The notes: generated from the sequence alone by a model not told the origin. A DNA stretch of 63,772 nucleotides from Paraspadella gotoi (GCA_051294375.1 CM119268.1:23160056-23223827); one strand, 5' to 3'; counted from the first letter of the stretch, positions 39,640-52,700 are shown. A program made the numbers and translations.

Positions 39640-41480
39640 GATGCGTGGGAATTGCGTCAAGTGCCGATAAGCAGATCGTTGACGCCACGCATGAGGGCGT
39701 GCGAAGCCTTCACCGAGTACAAACGCGTGTTAGGCTACAAGGATCATACTGAATCTAACAGCTCCAAACGTTCAAAAATTACGAGAAATCAATCAATGAA
39801 TGACATTAAATGAGAATTAATAAAGGATGGATGAATACAAAATAAGTGTAAATCGACAACATTTTACAGTTAGTAGTGAACTTGACTAAAAATATTTAAT
39901 TTCACAGGCCGCTTCCTGTCTCCTTTCATCTTCTTGATTACTCACCAGGAAAGAAGTATTCATCACGCATTTGTTTTCACGCTGCACCAGACTGTAGACA
40001 CTAGCATCGTTGGAGCCTCTAAGGATTCATAAAACATCAGGGAGACATTTACTGTACACGACTGTACGACAGAACGTCGCTGCTAGAAAGTGCCATAATA
40101 CGCCTGTTGGTCACAGAACTGGCATGTTGAAAGGTTGTTGGGTCTGTCCGGAAACTGTGCTGCAAAGCGACGCACATTATGACATTAGTCCCGTAATTCT
40201 TCGGTGTAGCAAGGATCTATGTTTTGTCGACCAATTATCACAATTCTATTCACAATCTCTTCTCTCATATCAGTCCCTTCACCTAGAAGGGGGAATCCGT
40301 TTCCGAAGAAAAGCCTAGTCACAATTCTATCACAATCTGCTCTCGTCTATCCACGATCCTCCTAGAAGGGGGATCCCGTTTCAAGAGAAGGAACCCCTCA
40401 CCTATCACAATTCTATCACAATCTCTCTCTCTATCAGTTTCCCCCTCCTAGAAGGAGTGGGATCCGTTTCTTTCAAAGAGAAGGGACCCTATCACGAATT
40501 TATCACAATCCTTCATCTATCAGTCCCTCCTAGAAGGGGGAATCCGTTCCAAGAGAAGGCGCCCTGAGGGCCTATCACAATTTCTAAAATCCAACCAAAT
40601 TTTTTTTCCTTTCTTGCGTTTCTTCTCTCTATCAGTTCCCTCCTAGAAGGAGGAATCCGTTTCAAAGAAAAGGCCGTATCACAATTCTATTCACAATCTC
40701 TCTCTCTTCAAGTCCCAGTCCCTCCTAGAGAAGGGGGGAATCCGTTTTTTTCAAAGAGAAGAAGAGGCCGATTATCACAAACTCTGCTTCACATGCGGCC
40801 GGATGTCGAAACTCCGTTGGGCGAAGGAAAAGTTTCCACGTCAACAACGAACTCCGCTTATTGCAAAACGTGTCACAACGAAAAATTCGCTGTGAGTTGA
40901 AGCGTGATAAGAAGTGAGGAAAAGACGGAACATCTTGTGACGATTTTGTGTGGATTTTTATCTTTTTATTTATTCATTATAACTTTAGCTCGTATAACTA
41001 TATAATCTATCGGCCTCTGATGTTTTGTAGTTGTTTCTCTCAATTTTTTCATACCTAATTATATCATCTTAAATTTATGATTTATCGTCAAAAGTTATCC
41101 TCTTGTACTCTTTTTAGATTCTTTGGGCGTTATCTTATCGCTACTTTTTTAAACATTTAGCTTACTTTTATGCGGCTTTTGCGTTTCATTATGTTAATTT
41201 AATGATTGAAATGCGTTCTCTTCTCTTTGTATGATCTTTCTCGCATGTTAACTAGATACCTCTACTGATCTCGGACAACACACTACTCTAAAACTCGGTG
41301 ATCTTATCTCCCCTAACCAAATACCCGCCTATCAGCCTGACCTAATCTTTAGACCCCTGGTGAGGTGTCAGGAGAGAGCTCCTCGCCAAAACTGCAACAA
41401 CCCGATCGAAGGCTGGATCCGCAAAAATACGTTGGTGCTCTGTGCGCACTATCGTCATACTACTTCAGAAGTTCTAATCC
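39640..41480 (+). other. Inverted, indel-ridden copy of LIM gene exons 1-4 (likely assembly artefact rather than pseudogene)
   Basis: Recognisable reverse complement of 44440-45935 with scattered insertions typical of a raw long read. Confidence 0.75.
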
Positions 41481-42191
41481 ACGCTGCCAAATAGTCCTCT
41501 AGATCCCTGATACACTCCTATCTCTTCTCTTACCGAAGCCCCCGGTGCTGTCCTGGTCGCAGGGTCTCGGAGTCGTGAGAGCAGAGAACGAGAGGCAGTC
41601 GCTGGTCGCATGTCTCTGCCTAGCATAGCGGCTGGAGTATTGAGGGAGAGAGATGAGGAGACGAAGAACAGATAGAAAAAGGAGAGGACAGCAGAAAGAT
41701 AGAAACAGGGAGAAAGAGATTGATATGGAGATGGAGATGATGAGATAGTTGAGAGAGAGAGAGAGAGAGATGAGAGATAAGAGAAATTGGTGACGAGACG
41801 AATGAAGGAGAGAATTCCAATTGATGTAAATAAAGATTAATGAGAGTTAAGAGAATCATCTTATGGGATTGACTTTATGTCTCACATGAATTAGATGCGT
41901 TTAACTGTTACGTTTTGAATCTAGTTATTTGATTTATTGACTTTATTGAATTTGTTATTTGTGATTGATGCATGATGATTGATTTATTATATTCTATTTA
42001 TTTTATAATTATCTTATTATTATTTATTTATTTAGTTTATTCTATTTATGATTATTTATTTATTTATATTTATTTATTTATTGTGATNNNNNNNNNNNNN
42101 NNNNNNNNNNNNTTTAAACCAATCTATTCATTGAGACATAAGTTAATCCCATCAAGAATTCTCTCACTCTCTCAATCTTTTATTTACTCAA

Positions 42192-42230
<39 letters not shown>

Positions 42231-42443
42231 NNNNNNNNNNNNNNNNNNNNNNNNNNNNNNNNNNNNNNNNNNNNNNNNNNNNNNNNNNNNNNNNNNNNNN
42301 NNNNNNNNNNNNNNNNNNNNNNNNNNNNNNNNNNNNNNNNNNNNNNNNNNNNNNNNNNNNNNNNNNNNNNNNNNNNNNNNNNNTCTCTCTTTCTGTCTCT
42401 CTCTTTTTCTCTCTGTCTCTCTCTCTCTATCTCTCTCACCCAC

Positions 42444-42527
42444 CTTGTGAAACTTCTGATTGTCCACCTCAACGTATTGCGATCCAGCTTCGATCGGTTG
42501 TTTGCAGTTTGCGGAGGAGCATCTCTC
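42444..42527 (-). CDS. Three-LIM-only protein, exon 4 (clean copy; noisy copy at about 44440-44552)
   Basis: 84 nt, phase 0 to 0, CAG acceptor, GTGGGT donor. Translates ERCSSANCKQPIEAGSQYVEVDNQKFHK. Confidence 0.88.
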
Positions 42528-42937
42528 CTGATACAAGAGAAGAGAAGAATCAACAATTAAATTAACTAATGAAACACAATAAGCCGCAAAAGTAAAAGCT
42601 AAATGTTAAAAAGTAATGCGATAAAAATAAACCCCCCAAAAATCTACAAAAGTCAAATCTTGATGATAAATCAAAAATTTAAATGATAAATGGTATGAAA
42701 AACTTAGAAACAAAACTNNNNNNNNNNNNNNNNNNNNNNNNNTGTGGAGTCGTGTTACATGGCGCGGAAACCGGAAGAGAGACAATAATCTAGGGTAAGT
42801 TTAGAGAGAGAAAAGGTAAGGATTGTTGTCGTCGATTTGTTGTTGTTCTCTTTCTCAATGAATTTCTTCCTTACGAATCGGATTTTCGAAAAGTTCCGAC
42901 TCCGATTTGAACGAGAATCGATTAGCGGTTGAAATAT

Positions 42938-43013
<76 letters not shown>

Positions 43014-45038
43014 AGAGAAGAGAGAGAGAAAGAGAGAGACGAGAGAGGAAGGAGGAGAAATTTACCAATTCTTGACTCGAAATCGGATGAAAACGCGGGA
43101 AAACGAGAAAAAAAAATTGAGAAAGAGAGAGAGAGTCTTTCTTTTCTTTTCTTTTTTTTCTTTTTTCTTTTCTTTTCCTTTGTTCGTTTTCTTTTCTTTT
43201 TTTTTTTTCTTGTTTTTTTTTTTCCTTTTTTTTCTTCTTGCGCTTCCTTTTCTTCTTTTTCTTTTCTATTTCTTTTTTCTCTGAGTATCTTCTTTTCTCT
43301 TTTCTTTCTTTTCTTTTCTTTTCCTTTTCTTTTTTCTTTTTTCTTTTCTCTTCTTATCTTCGATTTATATTGTTCAGATTTCAACCTTCAAGGAACTCAT
43401 CAAATACTTTTAACTCATAACACAAATTCGCTAAATATTATGTTGTTCAATGACGATCCAAAAATCTTTATTCAAATAAAAAAAAATCCCTTTTATCAAA
43501 TTTCGGAAAGACTTCTCTGCTACGTCATTCTCCTTTTAATCCCTTTGCACACGTTCCTCGACGACAGCAATCTCTTCCTCGTCCCACGGTCCTCCGGGCT
43601 CATTCTCCTCACGATCCCCTCTGTCAACGTTGACAGGAAATGAGTCAACCCTTGTCTACGGAATCGGCCGCAATTGGCGCAAAAGTCTCCCGGATCATTC
43701 GTTGTCTTTGACGGTAGAGTTGTCAGGCGGGCAATGGATGCCGGGCGGGAGCCCGAGTGCATTTGGAGTAGCAATCTGGAAGCATAGTGCTGGATGAGGT
43801 GCAGGTCGTTATAGAGAGAGAATCGACATCAATCAAATCACAATAAATAAATAAATATAAATAAATAAATAATCATAAATAGAATAAACTAAATAAATAA
43901 ATAATAATAAGATAATTATAAAATAAATAGAATATAATAAATCAATCATCATGCATCAATCACAAATAACAAATTCAATAAAGTCAATAAATCAAATAAC
44001 TAGATTCAAAACGTAACAGTTAAACGCATCTAATTCATGTGAGACATAAAGTCAATCCCATAAGATGATTCTCTTAACTCTCATTAATCTTTATTTACAT
44101 CAATTGGAATTCTCTCCTTCATTCGTCTCGTCACCAATTTCTCTTATCTCTCATCTCTCTCTCTCTCTCTCTCAACTATCTCATCATCTCCATCTCCATA
44201 TCAATCTCTTTCTCCCTGTTTCTATCTTTCTGCTGTCCTCTCCTTTTTCTATCTGTTCTTCGTCTCCTCATCTCTCTCCCTCAATACTCCAGCCGCTATG
44301 CTAGGCAGAGACATGCGACCAGCGACTGCCTCTCGTTCTCTGCTCTCACGACTCCGAGACCCTGCGACCAGGACAGCACCGGGGGCTTCGGTAAGAGAAG
44401 AGATAGGAGTGTATCAGGGATCTAGAGGACTATTTGGCAGCGTGGATTAGAACTTCTGAAGTAGTATGACGATAGTGCGCACAGAGCACCAACGTATTTT
44501 TGCGGATCCAGCCTTCGATCGGGTTGTTGCAGTTTTGGCGAGGAGCTCTCTCCTGACACCTCACCAGGGGTCTAAAGATTAGGTCAGGCTGATAGGCGGG
44601 TATTTGGTTAGGGGAGATAAGATCACCGAGTTTTAGAGTAGTGTGTTGTCCGAGATCAGTAGAGGTATCTAGTTAACATGCGAGAAAGATCATACAAAGA
44701 GAAGAGAACGCATTTCAATCATTAAATTAACATAATGAAACGCAAAAGCCGCATAAAAGTAAGCTAAATGTTTAAAAAAGTAGCGATAAGATAACGCCCA
44801 AAGAATCTAAAAAGAGTACAAGAGGATAACTTTTGACGATAAATCATAAATTTAAGATGATATAATTATTAAATGATAAATGGTATGAAAAACTTAGAAA
44901 CAAAACTAAAAACATAAAAGCCGATAGATATATATATAGTTATACGAGCTTAAAGTTATAATGAATATAAAAATTAAAAATCACAAAATCGTCACAAGAT
45001 GTCGTCTTTTCCTCACTCTTTATCACGCTTCAACTCAC

Positions 45039-45191
45039 AGCGAATTTTTCGTTGTGACACGTGTTGCAATAAGGAGTTTCGTTGTTGACGGAAAACTTTC
45101 CTTCGCCCAACGGAGTTCGACATCCGCCGCATGTGAAGCAGAGTTTGTGATAGGCCTTCTCTTTGAAACGGATTCCCCCTTCTAGGAGGGA
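45039..45191 (-). CDS. Three-LIM-only protein, exon 3
   Basis: 153 nt, phase 0 to 0. Translates SLLEGGIRFKEKAYHKLCFTCGGCRTPLGEGKFSVNNETPYCNTCHNEKFA. GTGAGT donor. Confidence 0.92.
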
Positions 45192-45451
45192 CTGATAGAG
45201 AGAGAGATTGTGATAGAATTGTGATAGGCCTTCTCTTTGAAACGGATTCCCCCTTCTAGGAGGGACTGATAGAGAGAGAGATTGTGATAGAATTGTGATA
45301 GGCCTTCTCTTTGAAACGGATTCCCCCTTCTAGGAGGGACTGATAGAGAGAGAGATTGTGATAGAATTGTGATAGGGCTTCTCTTTGAAACGGATTCCTC
45401 CTTCTAGGAGGGACTGATAGAGAGAGAGACATTGTAATAGAATTGTGATAG
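45148..45451. repeat. 74-bp minisatellite, about 4 copies, spanning the LIM intron 2/exon 3 junction
   Basis: TAGG(C/G)C recurs at 45151, 45225, 45299 and 45373. The noisy inverted copy at about 40230-40780 appears to show more units. Confidence 0.95.
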
Positions 45452-45522
45452 ATTGAAAAACATTCCTGCTCCAGTATTAGCGACTTGTCATGGCCTTTGC
45501 CACAACCCATACACCTTCAAAC

Positions 45523-45671
45523 CTTGTGACAAGTATTGCACTTTTCTGCAACGTTCTTGTCGTAGCAATCGTGACAGTAAAGTCGATCCTGATGGTTTAT
45601 GAATCCTTGAGGTCCAACGATGCTAGTGTCACAGTCTGTGCACGTGAAACATCCCGTGTGATACTTCTTTC
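45523..45671 (-). CDS. Three-LIM-only protein, exon 2
   Basis: 149 nt, phase 1 to 0. Translates KKYHTGCFTCTDCDTSIVGPQGFINHQDRLYCHDCYDKNVAEKCNTCHK, with LIM HxxCFxCxxC...YCxxC. Confidence 0.92.
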
Positions 45672-45863
45672 CTGGTGATAATAACAGATGAAAGGAACAA
45701 GAGCGGCTGTGAAATTATCATTTTTTTAGTCAAGTTCACTACTAACTAAATGTGTCGTTTACACTTATTTTGGATTCATCCATCCTTTATTCATTCATTT
45801 ATTCATTCATTCATTGATTTTTCTATTTTTGAACGTTACTGACTTATTCGTCCTTGCCCTTAC

Positions 45864-45933
45864 CTTTGTACTCGGTAAGGTTCGCCGCCCTCACGATCTG
45901 CTTATCGCACTTGACGCAAGTTCCCACCGCCAT
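45864..45933 (-). CDS. Three-LIM-only protein (FHL/LIMPET-like), exon 1
   Basis: ATG at 45933 directly after a pyrimidine tract and AG. Translates MAVGTCVKCDKQIVRAANLTEYK(G). GTAAGG donor, 70 nt. Confidence 0.88.
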
Positions 45934-46779
45934 CTTTCGGAAGCGAAAGAAAAAAAAAACAAAAGACGCGAAAGGAAAATAAAAACCAAAAAGAAAAATA
46001 AAAAAGGAAAAAAAATTAAACGTAAAATGAGAATAAAAGAGAAGGAGAAAAGTAAAGGAAGATTTTAAGCAGACGAATTTTCCAGTTTGTTTCTTTAAAG
46101 AGAAACTTGAATTTTGGACCGTAATTTCTAAAGTCGCTACATCGTGAATTAAAGGTTTAGGAATGGAATTATACCATTTTGTTGACAACGAAACCAGGGT
46201 AATCTGGGAGACTGTGAGAGACTGTGAGAGAATGTGAGAGTGTCTTGATTGAAAGCTTGCAGGGACCTGCCATGTCATTATCTCGATGGAGGCCTTAAAC
46301 CACCAAAGCCTGTCACGAGTCAGCGGTGAAGGTTTTGATTAAGATTAGAATTTAAGGTCTTTCGGTTACGGATCAAGATTATGGAGTAAGATTAGCGATT
46401 AAAGATCAAGATTAAAATTTACGTTAGGGAAAAGATTAAGGATTAAGAATTAGGTTAAAGATTAAGGTTACGGATTAGCGTTAAGGATTAAGATTATGAT
46501 GTGGGGAGTTCAAGTCTCTCCCTGTTAACAAAAAATGTATGAATTAATCACAACAACATTGACGCGTTGCTCATTGTACACGAGTGAAATTCCAGGAAAA
46601 AAAACAGTCATTTCCGTTTAAATCGATTCTCGTCGAACGGAAAAAAAAATCTTTTTAATCTATTTTTTTATTCAAATTTGTTTTTTCTTGAGATTTAAAT
46701 TTTTCTTACATTTTGAGTTTTTTTTTGTGTTCAAATTTGTTTTTTCGCTGAAATTTTCTTTGATTTGAAAACAAATTTT

Positions 46780-46836
<57 letters not shown>

Positions 46837-49184
46837 TTCGTTATCATCTTCGTCATCATCTTCGTCTTTTCGAATTTCTTTCGCTTCGTCAAATTTTATC
46901 TTCGTATTTTTTCTCTCAAATGATTCCCGTCGCTTAGCACCAGGCGAGTTTGATTGAGGCTCGATTAGCGCTCGAAAAGGCGCTCAATTGGGGATGAAGT
47001 TAATTGGCGCCTTAATGAGGATTTATTCCTCTCTCGTCATCTCTCTCTCTCCTCTCTCTCTCTGCTCACCATTCTCTCTCTCTCTGCTCTCCTCTCTCTC
47101 TCTCTTCTCTTCTCTCTCTCCTCCGCCAAATTACATTCGAGATGTAGTTTTTGTTCATTTCTCAATTCTAATTGTTCGTTTTGCGTTGCCTCATCTTCCT
47201 CCTTAATCGTCTTCCCTCACCTCTTCCCTTTCTCCACTCTCCTCCTTTCTCCTTCTCCCTCTTCCCTTTCCTCCCACGCTCCCTCCCGCCCTCTTCCCTT
47301 ACCTCCTCTCTCCACTTTCCCTTCCATTGTCAGCGACGTTTTATTTTCTCTCTGGCGACGGGCGACGTCCATCGTCGTACAACGAGATTAATTCCTTGTT
47401 TTTAAAGCAAACACTACACACATCATTCTCTACGTCTCTCTCTCTATCATCTCTCTTCTCGTCTCTCTCTTCTCATGGTACCTCATCCTCTCTCTCTCTT
47501 CTCTCTTGCGCATAACTTTCATTCGCAAACTGCTAGGTGGGTTATTGGACGCTCCTCGCTCTTCTCTCTCTCTCTCTCCAACTCTTCTCTCTCTCTCTCA
47601 TCTATCCTAGACTCTCTCTCTCATCTCTCTCTCTCTCGTCTCTCTCTTCTCTCTCCGTCCAATGACTCCACTCATAAGCCGGCAGAAGCCAGGCGTTGCA
47701 TTGCACCAGAGAAAAAAAAAAAACAACATAAAACATTGCATATTGCCGGTAACTCATTAAAGTTGACTGTTTAGTTTCACTTATTTTTTTTAGTTTAATG
47801 ACTTCAAACTTAAATTTTCATTGTAACTTCGAAAAACTGTGTTTTGTTTGTTTGTTTTTTGTTTATAAATAATCGATATCGGTTTCTGTTTAATGTATTT
47901 TCCGAAGAAAAATTAATTTAAGTTTGAAACGAAAGTCAGAAAGAGAAAAAAGGAAAAAGTTTATTCATCCTTTTGCGCCATTAATAGTTTTTCCTCCTTA
48001 AAAATTATGTTGTTTCCCTTTTCTCTTTTGAAGATATAATTATAATCATATTCATTCATTCATTCTTTTAATTTCATTCCTTCTTTTCATTTTTATTTAT
48101 TCTTTTCTTTTTACTCATTTTTTCCTTTCACTCATTCTTTTCATTTCACTCATTCTTTTCATTTCATTCATTCTTTTGATTTCATTAATTATTTTGATTT
48201 CATTCATTCTTTTCATTTCATTTATTCTTTTCATTTATTCTTTTCATTTCATTCATTCTTTTCAATCTTTTCTTTTAATTTATTCTTTTCATTTCACTCA
48301 TTCTTTTCATTTAATTCATTCTTTTCATTATAATCATTATTCTCATTTTAATCATTTCTCCCCATTCATTTATTCTCCTCGTTTAATTTTCTCTCTACTT
48401 TTTTTTTCAAATCATATTTTTTTTTAATCCAACATAAAAAAAAAATAGTTTTTTTTCGCTCCAGAAATCATTATTCATGAGATCATAAAATCGTAAAATC
48501 ATAAAAATCCATGAAACTCGCAAAGTTGGTCGAATCCCCTCCTCCTTCTCNNNNNNNNNNNNNNNNNNNNNNNNNTCTCTTCCCCTCCCTCTCCTCAAGC
48601 ATCCTTTTCTCCTCTTCCTCTCTCCTTTCTCCTCCTCTTTTCCCTCTCCCCTCTCTCTTCCCCCTCCTCCCTCCCCCTCCTCCTCATCTTCCTCTTCCTC
48701 CTTCTCCTCATCTTTCCCCTCCTCCCCTTCTCTCTTTCCCCTCCCTCCTCAGCATCCTTTTCTTCCTCTTCCTCCTTCTCCTCCTCTTTTCCCCTCCTCT
48801 TTTTTTCTTCCGTCCTATTCTTTCTCCTCCCCTCTCTCCTCCCCCGCCCTCCCTCCTCCTCATCTTCCTTTTTTTCCTCTTCCTCCCTTCTCCTCTCTTT
48901 CACCCTCCTCTTCTTCCGTCTTTCTCCTATTCTTTCTCCTCCCCTTCATCCTCCCCCCGCCCTCCCCCTCCTCATCATCTTCCTTTCTTCTTCTCCTCCC
49001 CTCCTCTTTTTTCCTCCCCCTTCGTCCTCTTCTTGCCCTCCCCTCTCCTCCTCTTTCTCCTCTTTCCTTCCTCTCTTCCTCCCTCCTCCTCCTCCCTCCC
49101 TCTCTTTTCTCCCTCTTCCTCCTCCTTCTCTTCCTCTTCCCCTTCCTCCTCCTCCTCCTCCACCTCCTTCCCACTCAACATCAT

Positions 49185-49355
49185 TAGGCCCTGACGTCGT
49201 TACTGGCGTGACGTAATTATCGCGTCACGTCGTAAGTGAGAAACGTGACAAGTCGTGACGGCTTAAGAAGAGTGTCACGTCGTAAATGCGACACGTCGCC
49301 ATGTCGTGACAAGAGATGGTGTCTTAAGAGAGTCACTTTTTACGTGACAAAAACC
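49185..49355 (+). mobile_element. Putative DNA-transposon terminus with subterminal CGTGAC/GTCACG motifs
   Basis: Starts TAGGCCCTG and carries several CGTGAC/GTCACG motifs in both orientations. No matching other end found. Confidence 0.35.
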
Positions 49356-49394
49356 TCAAATGACATATAGGACCCCAGATTTAAGAAAAAAAGT

Positions 49395-49755
49395 GATTCA
49401 TTGCATTCATTCATTCATTCTTTTATTCATTCATTCATTCATTCTTTTATTCATTCATTTATTCATTCATTCATTCATTCATTCATTCATTCATTCATTC
49501 ATTCATTCATTCTTTTATTCATTAATTCATTCATTCATTCATTCAGTCATTCATTTATTCATTCAGTCATTCATTTATTCATTTATTCATTCATTCATTC
49601 ATTCATTCATTCATTCATTCATTCATTCATTCATTCATTCATTCATTCATTCGTTCATTCATACAGTAATTCATTATTCATTCATTCATTCATTCATTCA
49701 TTCATTCATTCATTCATTCATTCATTCATTCATTCTTTTATTCATACATTCATTG
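49395..49755. repeat. (ATTC)n microsatellite (noisy duplicate at about 52905-53285)
   Basis: Direct reading. It is the source of the HSFI-repeat ORFs. Confidence 0.95.
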
Positions 49756-52700
49756 CAACCATTTAAACCATTTTAAAAAGCCATTTTTTAAAGAAAGGTA
49801 AATATTTATTCATTTTGATATTAGAAAATAAAAGTATATTAGAACCGATCAGTATATGTTAAGATGACCTTTCAAAGGACCCTATTTTAAACTTAGTACC
49901 AAGATTTATTTTCAAGTTATCAGGGAAAATGTTCAATAGTGTATAAGATGTCAAAAGCCTTTTTTCTTTCACGAAAAATTCGCAATATTGTTGTCGTCGT
50001 CGTCTTATTTTTCTTCGTTGTCGTCGTCATCGTCGTCGTCGACGTCGCTTTGGCTAAAAATATCGAGTCTCGAAAAAGTGAAAAGAGAAAAAAACAAAAA
50101 CACAAAAAAGGGAAACGAAAAAAGGAAAGAAAAAAGAAAAAAAAAAGGATAAAACAAGAAGATTAATTCCAATGCTTTGCGCGGCTGTGACTTTCACGCT
50201 TACTTCCCGGTGATTATGTGACTAACGTGATTGCCAATGCATCGCAATTTTATATTTTATTTTTCATATTTCTTTAAAAAAGCAGTCGCTCTGATTCAAG
50301 GGTCAGCAAAATCAACAAAATAGCAACAAAATTTAAACCGCATTCAATTTTGGATCACGTGATCGCTTTTTCAGGTGATCACGTGGCTTAACAAGTACGA
50401 TACATTTGCACATTTTATGTCTTATGGTAAGTCAAAATCATACCAAATATTAACTAAATTAATGAAGAATTAACCGAGTTATTAAAATTTTTAATGGAAG
50501 AGGGATAGACCGACCGACCGACCAACCGATCAACCGACCGACTACAAGTGTCTCATAAAGATGCTCCGCAAGTAAAATTTAAAAAAAAAGATAAAAAAAG
50601 GAAAAAAAAGGAAAAAAAAGGAAAAAAAGGAGATCGACTTCGGTCAAATTCGCTTTTAGCGACGAAAAAAAAAAGTCTATCGAATTTCAATACGAAAGAG
50701 AAAAGAGAGGAAAGGAGAAAGGAGGGAGAGGAGAAAAAGGAAAGGGAGGAAGAGGAGAGGGAGATAAGGGAGGGGAGAGAGGGAGGAAAGGAAAAAAGAG
50801 GGAGAGGAGGAAAAGGAAAGGAGAGGAAAAGGGAAGGAAGAGGAGAGGGAGATAAGGGAGGGAGGAGAGGGAGGAAAGGAGAGAAAAGAGGAGAGGAGGA
50901 AAAGGAAAGGAGAGAAGAAGGGAGGAGATAAAGGAGGCGGAGAGGAGGGAAAGGAGAAAAAAGGAGAGGAGGAGGAAAGAGAGAAAGGGAGGGGAGGGTG
51001 AGAGTGGGAGGAAAGGAAGGGGAAGCAGAAAAAGAGAAAAAGAGGAAAGGGAGGTAGGAATAAAAAAGAGGGGATGGAAAAAAATGAATGGAAGGGAATA
51101 AAACCACAAATGGAATGGAAAGAAAATAAAAAAAGTCTAAACTTCTCTTTTACCTTTTTTCACCTTTTACTTAGCCTCTCTCTCTCTCTCTCTCTCTCTC
51201 TNNNNNNNNNNNNNNNNNNNNNNNNNCATCTTCTCCCTCTTCCTATGCCCCTTCTATCTCCTCCGTTCCATTTTCCCTTCCTCCCCCTCTCTGTCCACCG
51301 CCTCCCTATTTTTCTCCTCCCTCCACCCTTCACCCTCCTCATCTTCTTCTCCTCCTTCTCCCCCTCCTTTTCCCCTTCCTCCCCCTCTCTCTTCCCCCTC
51401 CCTTTCCTCCCCCTCCTGATCCTCATCTCCTCTTCCTCCTTTCTCTCCTTTTCCTTTATTCCTTTTTTCCTCCCCTCCTCTCTTCCCTCGCCTCCGTCCC
51501 CCCTCTCCTCATCTTCCTCTTCCTCTTCTCCTCCTCTTTCCCCTCCTCCCCCCTCTCTTTTTCCCCCTCCCTCATCCCCCTCCGTCCTCATCTTGGTGCC
51601 TCCTTCTCCTCCTTTCTCCGGCCTGTCCCTTTTCCCTTCCTCCCCTCTCTCCCCCTCCTCTCCCCGCTCCTCCTCATCTCTTCCCTCTTCCTCCTTCTCC
51701 TTTTCCTCTTTTCCTTTCCTCCCCTCTCTCTTCCCCCTCCCTCCCCCCCCTCCTCCCCTCCTCCTCATTCTTCTCTTCCTCGCTTCTCCTCCTGCTTTTT
51801 TCCCCTTCCTCCCTCTCTCTTGCCCCTCCCTCCTCCCCCTTCTCCTCATTCTTTCCTCTTTTCCTCCTTCTCTCCTCTTTTCCCCTTCCTCCCCTCCTCT
51901 CTTCCCCCTCCCTCCTCCCCCTCCTCCTCATCTTCCTCTTCTCCGCCTCTCCTCTCCTTCTCCTCCTCTTTTTTTTTCCCTTCACCCCCCTCTCTCTTCC
52001 CCCCTCCCTTCCTCCCCCTCCCCTCCTCATCTTCCTCTTTTTCCTCTCTCCCTCTTCTTTCTTTCCGCTTCCTCCCTCTTCTCTTTCCCCCTCCCTCTCC
52101 TCAAGCCATCCTTTTCTTCTCTCCTTCCTTCTTCCTCCTTTCTCCTCCCTCTTTCCTCCTCCCCTCTCCTCTTCCCCCTCCCTCCCCTCCCCCTCCTCCT
52201 CATCTTCCTCTTCCTCCTTCTCCTCATCTTTCTCCCTCCTTCCCCTTCTCTCTTTCCCCTCCCTCCTCAGCATCCTTTTCTTCCTCTTCCTCTTCTCCTC
52301 CTCTTTTCCCCTCCTCTTTTTTTCTTCCTCCTATTCTCTTCTCCTCCCCTCTCTCCTCCCCCGCCCTCCCTCCTCCTCATCTTCCCTTTTTTTCCTTTCC
52401 TCCTCTTCTCCTCTCTTTCAACCCTCCTTTCTTCCTCTTTCTCCTATTGCTTTCTCCTCCCCTTCATCCTCCCCCGCCCTCCCCTCCTCATCATCTTCCT
52501 TTTCTTGCTTCTCCTCCCCTCCTCTTTTTTCCCGTCCTTTTCTCCTCTTCCTTTTCTCCTCTTCCTTGCTCTCTTCCCCTCTCTCCTCCCTCTTTTTCTC
52601 CCCTCTTCCTCCTCCTTCTCTTCCTTTCCCCTCCTCCTCCTCCCTCCTCCACATCCTTCCCACTCAACATCATTAGGCCCTGACGTCGTTACTGGCCCGT

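Larger units (their letters stand above)
37455..48125. repeat. Inverted duplication, about 37455-42087 vs 43840-48125 (probable false duplication)
   Basis: ORF translations are identical on opposite strands (38358-38576 vs 46988-47206; 41620-41859 vs 44065-44304). Other blocks are clean versus noisy pairs. Confidence 0.9.

Noticed and set aside
39640-41480. A second, inverted LIM paralogue or pseudogene
   Set aside because: Divergence is insertion-dominated and blocks are shared identically with the other copy, pointing to an assembly artefact.
49360-49776. HSFI-repeat ORFs
   Set aside because: Translation of the (ATTC)n microsatellite.
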